DNA of 64,000 bases from positions 295,728-359,727 of the forward strand of contig DF236959.1 in assembly GCA_000708835.1 (NCBI GenBank). The letters run 5' to 3'. A model generated the notes under the pieces. That model was not told the origin of the DNA. It saw only the letters and a program-made list of their open reading frames with translations, and did not search any database. The translations under genes were made by a program, and so were the position numbers. Position 1 is the stretch's first letter, and each line of letters opens with the position of its first letter. This document shows, one piece after another, positions 22,857 through 32,546 of the stretch. Source of the DNA: Klebsormidium nitens (Eukaryota > Plantae > Klebsormidiophyceae).

Positions 22857-25800
22857 CTAATACATAATGCTGGCCGTCACCTGATCCGCGTACTCCCGGT
22901 CCAGACCGCTCAACGCCCGGTACAGATCGCCCCAGAACGGCTTGCGCGCGCGCAGCGCGCGTATGCGGTTATCCGCAAACACGTTGAGTAACGGCGCCAC
23001 AAACATCTCCCCGAACATGATCCTGCGCGCGTACTGGTACGCGTCACCGTCCCGCCACGTGTCAAGCGGGAAGAGCAGGTTTTGGGTCAGCTTGTGGGTG
23101 CAGTAGTGATCCAGGGAATGCATGACCGTGTGCAGCCAGAACGTTTCGAAGGGGACCAGCTCCCGGTCGATGACGTGGCGCTCCATGGCCGCGCGCAGCG
23201 CGCCGCGCGACGCGAAGAGGAAGCGCGTGAAGCGCGAGTTGACCGCGGAGAACGCGCACGGTGCGGCGGTCTGGTGCTGGTGCAGGAAGATCTGGCAAGG
23301 GGAGGGCTAACCGAAAAGATTTGGGCCGGTTAAGGTTATATCCAATCGGAATTTAGGTACACGCTCAAGGGCGAAAGGTTTGAAAATGCACTCCGTTTTC
23401 TGACGAGTTTGACGGCCGCAAAACGCGCCAGCCCGATGCTGGCGGCGAACCTCTGCCGCAGGTGGTAACCGAGAGTGGTTAAGGTCGGGTTAGGTGGCAA
23501 TCTCCTTCTCTCTCTCTTGCCAACACGTTTAAGAGCAGGAACTAGAAACGCAAGTCACCGGCCGCAAAGGCGACCCGCCATGTGGGTTTGGCAATTGTTT
23601 GGCTTTTGAAGTAGCGTGCAATTGAAAGGCGAGTTTGGATTCCATCGCATCCAAAACAGAGTCTGTGGTGAGATGCTTATCAGAATCTTTGTCCATTTTG
23701 TGATGGTTCGCAACAGCTGTCGTTTCAGAAAAAGAAGAGCATCCGTTTCTAGCGGAGGGATTTTGCCCGGAAGGATTTTGAAATATCATCGCAAGTACAG
23801 GCATCCTTAAATCAGAGCTTTGTGGCGTTCGCGACGTAAGAAGATAATAGGTGGTCAGCAAACAGGTTGAGGTTCATGACCCTTATCGTGGGGAATTCTG
23901 CGTTCCAACCTCACGGAAGATATCCTCTCTTGAATCCGGAAGAAATAGATTTTTCAATCAAACTCAACCTCGGATCTCTCCATCTTCGTTCGACGGCCGA
24001 ACCATTGGAGGATGTACGTACGCGTAGCTTATGGTAATACTCACATAGATTGAACAGATGATAAGGACGGTATTGCACGGCGCAGGTGAAGAAGGGAAGA
24101 CTAGCACAGGAGACCGCATCTGATACGACAGGGTCAAACATTCGCTGACAAACCGTTTGGTCTTGAAGTGCTGTACTAGAGTCAGGACCTTCAGTCTTTA
24201 AGCCAATCATGTCGGCTTCAAAGGGTGAAGGATCTCAGTTTCCAAAAGTCCTCCGGTTATCCGTTCTGAACTCGAGCTTTTCGGGAATACTAACCAAGGA
24301 TGCGTCCTGGACGAAGTCTTCAACCGATCAAGATTCGGCGACTTGTCACAGAATGTTTTGGCCCGTAACCACGAACGGTTATGGGCTGGCTATGGGCTCA
24401 TTTAAACTGGGTTGAGCGTCCAGTGACCAGGATTGGGCGGTAACAATCCTTTGAACGAGGTTGAAGACCGGTAATCTGTTTGAGAACAAGAGACTCGTTT
24501 TGACAATCAGCCTGGTTAGCAGCCAAAATCTTCGTGCGAGGTAAAAGTACGTGTTGCGAGCACGTAGTATTTTTTCTCTCATCGATATGGAATCAAATAT
24601 ATCCAAAAGTGCGTTGAACCCCTCATGGCCTCACCTCATCACACGCGTCCGTCACTAACGACTCTATCTCGACGGGCATTCCGTACAGCATCGGCCCGTT
24701 AACCGCCCGGTTAGCGGCCGCCGGGCTGAAAACGGTGTACAGCAGGTGCCAATTCAGCGGCAAAGTGCCGTAAGCCGCCTCCGGTAGAAGTGGGCGGTAA
24801 TTGGCGGCCAGGAGAGTCTTGACGAGGCGGTTCGAGCCCGCGTGCGACTTTCCGTGGAAGGCAGTCACGTGGTACACGTGGAGGGTGGCGTATATCTGCT
24901 CGCGGCTGGTGACGTCAGCGCCGTTGCGCGTAAAAGTGATGACGCGGTTCTCATCCTGGAATCGGGCGAAGCAGAAAGGAGGTTGATCTTGTCGAGTCGA
25001 CAAGTCGATTCGAGTCGAGTCCAGTCGAAAGTCGAGTCACCGAGTTGGAGTTGCTCTTATTTATACAGGCGAAGCGCGCCAGAATGGGGTGCCATTCAAT
25101 GACAATCTTCGATTGGTCTGCCTTGGACGTGTTTAATATTGATCTGATGTCTCTTCGTCGACTTGGATGCGACTGTCGATGTTAAGCAGCCGAATGGGAA
25201 CGGATAATCAGTCTGGCGAACCGCTGAAGACGGATCAAGTAAGGTGCATCTGAAGCGTAAGTGGTGCGATTTTTCCCTCTGTCAAAACTACATCCAAATC
25301 CACTTTGAGATAGCTGGGATTCTCGTTCGCTCTTGGAAATGGATATGGTGTACACTAGAAACAAGCTATATGCTTCAAAGACTGCGAAGGCCCCTATCTG
25401 AGTGAGACTAAGCTAGGTCGTCTCATCGCATGAGCACACGCGGGGCGAGTTTTACAGTAGAACTTTAGAAGTCTGTCAATGTCACGGGGCGTGCTGACAC
25501 ACAATCTGCAAACAACTTCTGGCGAGATGACGAAACACGATGTGAAAGTTCTAGGATCTCCCGACAAACCTTGGCTCAAATGAAAGATTTTAAAGTGATG
25601 GAAGCCGGGTTTGCCAACGTACAAACTTGCGCACTGAATCGTGCCCGCGACTGGAAACGAAACTCAAGGAAGACAATGAGAAGTTAAGAATGGAAAGCTC
25701 CGACTGCCAAGAAACCCCTGATTCCAGTCGTACCCTGACTCAATTAGAAGGTACGTGCTCCGCACCCCTTAGTAACCCCCCTAACTTCCAAACTAACCCT

Positions 25801-26555
25801 GGCCGTCCCAGTGCGGTTACCTTATTTTTGTCTAGCTTCGCAATATCTTTTTCAAGTTTGATCGGTTCAATCATTCGTAAAACCCAGCTTCATACAAGAC
25901 GACTAAGTACCGCAAAGTTACAGCTGGCAGACTGCCGCCACTCGGCTACCTTTGCCCCTTACCTTTCGATCGCCCTCCGAGATGAAAGGCGGTTTTCATC
26001 TTTTCCTGTTCACAGCTCTCTTGGGTGCTAAGCAGGCTGACTATCAGACTGAGTCTCTTGTTATCGAACACATTACTAGGCTTTAACCTCGTTCCAGGGC
26101 TGGTTACCGCCCAATTCTGGTTATCTGACAGTCAACACGATTGAAGCAGCCCATAGCCAGCCCATAATAAAAAAATCCTGTGTTCATTGAACCCACAAGA
26201 GAACCGCTGTACAAGAGTTTACCTTGTCATACAGCAAAGTCCAGCTCTCCAGCACCCGCCCCGAGACCGTCAAACTCGCGCCTTTCACTTCCACGCACAT
26301 CAGCCTCTTGCCCCGGCTGCCCGGTACGACGCGCGCCAGCGACGCGATGCTTGTGCCCTCCACATACGCTATGATGTCCGTGTCGTCCGGCTTATGATAA
26401 GTCGCCAGCGCGAAAGGGAGCGTCAGCAGCGTGTAGAGCCAGGTAAGAAGGTAGCACGGGGTTTGGAGGATCCAGAACGCGAGGAAGTTGGGGAGCAGCG
26501 CGAGCGTGGGGCGGCAATCGTAGAACGCGTTCCGCAAATCGGCCCCGCGTCCCAT
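22857..26555 (-). CDS. 3-exon, 362 aa His-rich protein; lipoxygenase-like non-heme iron site suspected
   Basis: Exons 26555-26223, 24955-24635, 23291-22857, all phase 0, GT-AG, GC-rich codons. Motifs HVTAFHGKSH, YRPLLPEAAYGTLPLN, HTVMHSLDH, C-terminal QVTASIMY*. The gene model is well supported; the functional call is inference. Confidence 0.75.
24128..24365. repeat. Imperfect inverted repeat (MITE-like hairpin relic) in intron 2 of the His-rich gene
   Basis: gggtcaaacattcgctgacaaaccgtttggtcttga (about 24131-24167) matches the reverse complement of about 24326-24363 (gggccaaaacattctgtgacaagtcgccgaatcttga). Confidence 0.45.
24375..24540 (-). repeat. Dispersed repeat family, copy 1
   Basis: Reverse complement ...caggctgattgtcaaaacgagtctcttgttctcaaacagattaccggtcttcaacctcgttcaaaggattgttaccgcccaatcctggtc...gcccatagccagcccataa aligns with 26032-26170 and 28160-28330. 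Confidence 0.8.
26032..26170 (+). repeat. Dispersed repeat family, copy 2
   Basis: caggctgactatcagactgagtctcttgttatcgaacacattactaggctttaacctcgttccagggctggttaccgcccaattctggtt...gcccatagccagcccataa. Confidence 0.8.
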
Positions 26556-28159
26556 GGCTAATTACATCAGGACGGCTTGTGTTTGATCACACGCGGACGG
26601 CTGTCCAGCGTGAAAAAGCGAATGGACACGTCCGCTTTGCTTGCAATTCTAGAGGTGTTTAGTTCAGCTCTTGCGGAAAACGGGTGGGGACCCAAAGGTT
26701 GCTTCACTCCGGCTGTAAAAGGAAACACCTTCTATTGTTGTTGCAGGCTTGGGTGATCCGGAGTGGCAGTTTCCTTACGGGCCGTCAACTTGCGGGGAAG
26801 GAAGCTCAAACCGACTTCCAGCTCCAGCAACTTTTTGTATTCTTGTGAACGACGTCTCGAAGCTGCCAGTCTGCAGATTAGCCTCACATCTAACCAGACC
26901 AGCTTTAATTACAGTGAATGTTATCCGGCCCAAAGGCAGTAGTACTACTGCTGAAGATTGCAACTCAAAAGACTATTGATCGGCAGCACATGAGACTCCT
27001 TCACCTCCTAGCCTGCAATTCGGTCCCAACATCCTGGGCGTGTGGAAAGCAGTGTGTCAATAACCTCCAGAAGCTGAGACAGCGATCTTCCGATCTAACT
27101 TCAAGGGCTCCTTCGCAAATCTGTCCGCCAAAAAAGCCGCGATAGACATTCCCATCTTTTGTGTATTTCCTTTGCAACTGCACTCCTACCCTTGGGTCAA
27201 TACAGTAGTGATCCTAAGTATTCTACCGCTGCGCCGGCGCGCCGTGATGTATAGTGACGCATAGTGGCAGCTGCTTGACTGCTTAATCTGCACTAGTCGC
27301 CAGCAGCTTGTCGACTCTGACACCGATTCTGGCTCTCTTGCCTGTTGGCCCCCAGCTGTTCATAGCATAACACGATCTTCGATTACAGTGGTTCATGCAT
27401 ATTGCAAGTTCTGCAAAAGCAATCCGAAATGGGAGTACTGGTCAACTTCGTTACCTCTCTGTCTTCTTGCATCGTCATCACTGTTCAACGACGTACGGTA
27501 CTGAAAGACGTTCGAGTTCGCACGGGTAAGACTGCATTGACCGGACGCTCGGACGCCTTGAAGATATTTCCGGCGGCGCGCGCGGTGGTTAGGACTCGGT
27601 TTCACTGGGCTGATCGTACGGCTCGATGACACTACGAAGACCCATCGACGGCTACTTTCATCACTTTGAGACCACATGCTCCACATGGCTTCAATGATTG
27701 GACAAGTCTGAGAGATGTCAATCACCTTCTGGGCCGATCAGGCCTTTAACTCTAGCAAAAGGGGTGAGCCCCATGAGCCCGTCTTCGCAAAGTTACCACG
27801 TCTTGTTTATTCCCCAAATTTCGTCCTTGCTTACCTGACTGCTTTACCTGACTGCTTTACCTGCAAGTTCGGATCTTTTGCTGTGAATAAATCTCGATAA
27901 TCTCAGGTTGTAGAATCCGAGCCTTGGAGGCGGCTCGTACTGTTGCTGACTTGACAGCGGATCGATGTTGCAAACCTGCCAACTCATACACTTCTGAGTT
28001 CCAAACCTCGACACTTCCAGTCATTTTCTGTACGCGGTTCTTCAAATGTAATACAAGTGTAGTGGTTGATCCAGTGGGCACTCGCACACGCCTCAGTCGC
28101 AAAGCTCAGCTGGAATCTCATGACTTATGAGGTGCCGACATCCCTAGCCTGGCGATTCT

Positions 28160-28330
28160 GCCACAAGAAGTTCTGGCTGCTAGCCAGGCTGATTACCAAA
28201 CTGAAGTCCCAGGTTATTGGACCATTAACCGGTCTAAATAAGCTTGTTTCAAGGTTGGTTACTGCCCACGTCTGATCAACGGACAGTTAACCTCTTCATA
28301 AGCAACCCATGTTAGCCAGCCCATTGCCAG
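28160..28330 (+). repeat. Dispersed repeat family, copy 3 (more diverged)
   Basis: gaagttctggctgctagccaggctgattaccaaactg...ggttactgccc...gcccattgccagctcacaa matches copy 1 (gaagattttggctgctaaccaggctgattgtcaaaacg). Confidence 0.65.
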
Positions 28331-29907
28331 CTCACAACCATCCATACTTAAGGACCGAAAACCCCTGAGCTGATCCTCGAATAACAACACGGATCACTCG
28401 ACGAATGTAATCCACTAAGGGGTGCTAGCTGCAGCATGACCAACTTGGCTTACGCATTGACGACGTCGAAACACGCATTATGACAGTACCGTGAGGTCAC
28501 GACGACTGTGTTGCACAAGAATTGATACAACTTCATCAGAGGCAGCAAAGTACAACGTTGTCAAACTTGAAAAAGACTCAAAGCTGTGTATGGCTGTAAA
28601 TTCACTGCCCAGATTACCCTTGCTTGCGTTCTTGGGCTATCGGCGTCAGATCGGCGTCGGAACGAGTGAGTCCGGGCCCAGGGACACCCCTGTTCGATTC
28701 GAAAAATCGGAGAAGACGTCCGCTTCAATGTGGAGGAAAAGGTCCTGTCAGATGTCAATGGGTACCTACACTAATCGCAGGAATGCAATTAATTCTCGAA
28801 GCTGCTCAATTATTTTCCATCACGAGAAAGAGATCTGGATGCATGGCGGCGGATTTGAAGGAAGCAGTCACATTTTCCTCTCCCTTCTGCATCTATTTAG
28901 AAGTGAATTAAAATCCTCCAAACGAACTATCCAAATAATCATCAGGAACCTTTTCCAAGTCGGTACCGCGTAGCTTAGACCTTGTTGGCGAAATGAATCT
29001 TCCTACAAATATTGTTACATCATTCTCATGAGACTCCAGAACTGTGCGAAAAGCCACGTACGCAGTTTTGCTAGTTGCAATGACCAACAAATAGAGAATG
29101 AACTGGTGATCAGTGATTTCCGAGTCACATCGAACCCCCTGATCAGACGAGTAGTCCTACTTCTAGAGTTCATGGAATTCCATGACGTGACAATTGACCT
29201 CAACCATACACTCTCGGAATAGTCGGCCAATCATCGCATCGAATTAAGTCCCTTACTGACGGATCCATCGTTGATGTGACCGTCTTTTCCAAGCTCCAAG
29301 CAGTCTTAAAACTCATCTCGGATTCTGGTAAAGAGGGCATTCCAATTCTTGAGTGCTCCGTCCCTCGTCTACATAATGGACGATATTTGCTGGCTCTAGA
29401 GTTTGTTCCTTGAGATCCTACCACTTCCATTTGTAGCTTGAAACGCCTGCGCAGACGCCGAGCGCCCTTTCTAAGCAAAATATTCAGGAGGCAAGGACAG
29501 GACAAAGGAGCTTTTTAACGTGGGGGCAGAGAAAGCAGAAGAGATCCTTTTGAAGGGAAGGCGCCTCGGTAAGTCGAAGATGTTGTTTTCAATGGAAAGC
29601 AGAAGGGAGACGTGAGAAGGTAGAACAGCTCACATTCGAACTCATTTGTTTCAACTGCTGAAGCACTTTAAGAGCTTCCCCGTGGCAGGAAAACAACGGA
29701 GGCGCAAAGGAAGGAAGGGCAAACAGTTAGAGCTCAATCGCTTTGGATTCTACTGTCTGGTCGCACCGAAGACATAATCTGGTTACGGGGGCAAAACGCT
29801 CAGGTGAAAGTGAAAAGTCGTTCTGTCCAACGACAAAAGCCTCAAAAGGTTTCTCTTCAAGAGCTCAGTGCTCCCAAAAGCTTCTAATTTTAAGAGGCCA
29901 ACCAGAC

Positions 29908-30978
29908 ATGGCCACGTGTCTCGAACCCAGCAACCTGAAGAGTCTTGCGGCGTTACAGGCCCTAAAGCGCCTCCACGTGTGGGACGCGGACTTCAAGAAG
30001 ATGCGCGAGCGGCACCGCGCGGCCGCGCTGCGGCTGCACCCGGACAAAGCCCCGAGGACCGGGGGCGACAGAATGCGCGAGCTCAACGGCGCGTACGCAA
30101 TGGCCAAGACGCCGGAGCTGCACTTCGCTCTATCGCAGCTGGATCTGAAAGCGCGCGCGCGGGAGGAGGACCGCGCGCACGCGTTGAGAAGGCGGGAAAC
30201 GATGCAGAAAGAGACAGGGGAGGGTGCCCCGGGGGAGCAGAAGCGGGGGGAAAGTGCCCGGGGACTGAGGGCGGGGAAAAAGGAGGAACTAGAAAGGGCG
30301 GAGAAGAGGAAGGCGGAATTGATGGCGAAGCTGCGGGAGCATGACCGGAAATTGAGAGAAGCGGTTGAGGGGAAACGGAATGTACCGGAAGAACGGAAAG
30401 TTGGAAAGACCTATTTCGAGGGGCGAAAGGAGCAGGGGGGAGCAGAAAAGGAGAGGGAGAGGCGGATAAGGCACGGAGAGGACGGGGTTGTGTTGAATGC
30501 AAGAATCTTCTGCGAAGATTCTGAAGACGGAGAGAATCTGAGAAAGGAACATAACCTGAGCGGGGAGAAAGAACGGAACGGAACGGAGGAGTTCGGAGAA
30601 GCACAGGAGCGGAAGCGACGGGGGTTGGAGGACTTCGCGAGAGGAGTAGAGTTCAGTTGGAGAGAGGAGCTTAGGAAAGCGCGCGCGCAGATGGGCCGCC
30701 AGACGACGATCCTAGATAAGCTGCGGGAAGAGGCGCGGAACTTCGGCGCGGGGGGAGAGTTTGGCACGGGTTCCGGGCCCCCGGAGGAATCCGAGGCAGG
30801 GATCGGGAGTAACGCTCGCGCAAAATGCGCGCAACAAGAGCGAGAGCGCGCGCGAACACCCGTCGATGAGCTGATTGGTAGGATCATGGAGAAGATTCGG
30901 ATCATGGAGGTGAAGAACGAAGAGCGACTGGATGCCTACCGCGCAACTAGACTGAGTGAAAGAGCAGATGGGGCGTGA
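29908..30978 (+). CDS. Intronless J-domain (DnaJ-like) protein with a long charged coiled-coil tail
   Basis: DFKKMRERHRAAALRLHPDKAPRTGGDRMRELNGAYAMAK carries the HPD motif between helices II and III; the rest is E/R/K/G-rich. Likely start ATG at 29908, inside the 411 aa ORF of the track. Confidence 0.75.
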   Translation: MATCLEPSNLKSLAALQALKRLHVWDADFKKMRERHRAAALRLHPDKAPRTGGDRMRELNGAYAMAKTPELHFALSQLDLKARAREEDRAHALRRRETMQKETGEGAPGEQKRGESARGLRAGKKEELERAEKRKAELMAKLREHDRKLREAVEGKRNVPEERKVGKTYFEGRKEQGGAEKERERRIRHGEDGVVLNARIFCEDSEDGENLRKEHNLSGEKERNGTEEFGEAQERKRRGLEDFARGVEFSWREELRKARAQMGRQTTILDKLREEARNFGAGGEFGTGSGPPEESEAGIGSNARAKCAQQERERARTPVDELIGRIMEKIRIMEVKNEERLDAYRATRLSERADGA

Positions 30979-32546
30979 TGAGAAGTTGGAAGGAGTCGGA
31001 GGGTCAAAGGTCTCTGGGATAAGCGACAAGAGATTCGCCCACACAATTATGCAATTTCCAGGCGGCCAATGATCAAGTGGAACATTCAAGGAAGTGTATC
31101 GTAATCGTCCAACCAGGACTCCATAAGGCTTACATACACGTAATGTCGCATCGAGAATCAAAGAAGTATGTGTATACGGTGCTTGGCAAAGTACTCTGAA
31201 CGACTCCAAGGGCTATGCTTGGCACAGCTGCTAAGGAAGCGCCAGTTTTAGCTTCGAAATAAGTGGTCGGACTCGCGTTCATTAACGTGCGGTAGGCGCG
31301 CAGTCCAGTGCAGACGGCACCCCGGCATCACAAAACACTTACATAGATGCCAAATTGGGCCGTTCTGATTCCGGAGATAGTTCACATGAATTTGAATACA
31401 TTGACAACACGTTTACACTCGTGCCTTTCAGGGCATGCGATACACGATAAGGCAGGGACTCCTCCGAAAGGCGCGTACCGGAATACTAAAATCAGATCCC
31501 GCCGCCTATCCTCCCTCAATCAAACAAACAAACCTTTCCATAGAAAGTCTATTTTTTCCCTGACTTTTTTGACGGTCGTCCAACTCGTGTGAAGCTTGCA
31601 TACATGTGCCCTGCATGTCCGTGGACTGTCCGTGCAGGCGTCTCAGATCTGACCTAGGCTAGTGGCTTTTGTGCAACTAGCAATGACGTCTAATCTTCAA
31701 TCACTGCTTCAATGCACAACAGTGCATGCTGTACCGGCTCTTGTCTCATGGCAGTGGTACGTACTAACTTGTGATAAGATACTAAGCGCCTATTGGCATG
31801 TAAATTCCACGCGCGCAAATGCAAACTTATCGACGTCGTGCAAGCCGGTGCCCAGACCGACGGGCCCAGCATATTCGGGTGCCATCGCTGTAATTGACTT
31901 CCAAGTTGTCTTCGGGCATGTCAGTCAGGATACCCCCGTACGTGATCGACTCGTCACTGAAGCTAGCTGACACGCGCACGTACACGCCCGGCGGCCATGT
32001 ACGTGTACGTATGCGCTTACTTAAAACATGCGCAGTGTATGAATGCATGCATGATGATAACAGTCAGTGAGTCATGAGCTACTATGTTACTCTAGAATCC
32101 ATGTGCAAACATGGTCGATCTGCTGTTTGAATTAGCATGCCTCGGATCATGCTTAGATCTCGAGCTAGAACTTATGATCGAAGGCCCGCAGCAGCCACTT
32201 GCCTGATGAAAGCGCAGACTCGAGGGAGTGCAACTTATGATGAATACATGCCCGATTCGCAATTCACGTTGTCACTGCAGATCATGTCTGGCGCATGATA
32301 TCGGCAGGTAGAGGCAAGGGCAATCTAGTGGGATAATCGAATGTTCCGTCGTTGTTAATCACCTCTTACCCTTTGTTGTGTGAAAAGGCATATGCCTCTT
32401 CTCATGCCATGCACTCTCAAAGATGGACGGGGGTCCTTACACGTGTCTTCAATTGAAATCAATTGCCTCCAGAGCCAAGTTGCATCACAATGACACTTCG
32501 ACCGTCCGCTCTGATACTATTATCAATCTACAACGTTCCTGTCAGG

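Noticed and set aside
24985-25050. TCGA-rich stretch with the cttgtcga-g-tcgacaag palindrome
   Set aside because: Short low-complexity intronic sequence; such a palindrome is expected from the repeated tcga.
27180-29520. Short ORFs, a gcgccggcgc palindrome and a possible Helitron-like end
   Set aside because: No Rep/helicase motifs, no convincing terminal hairpin plus CTRR, and no coherent reading frame.
29865-31209. Antisense and alternate-frame ORFs over the J-domain gene
   Set aside because: Pro/Ser/Leu-rich translations expected from the complement of a purine-rich coding strand.
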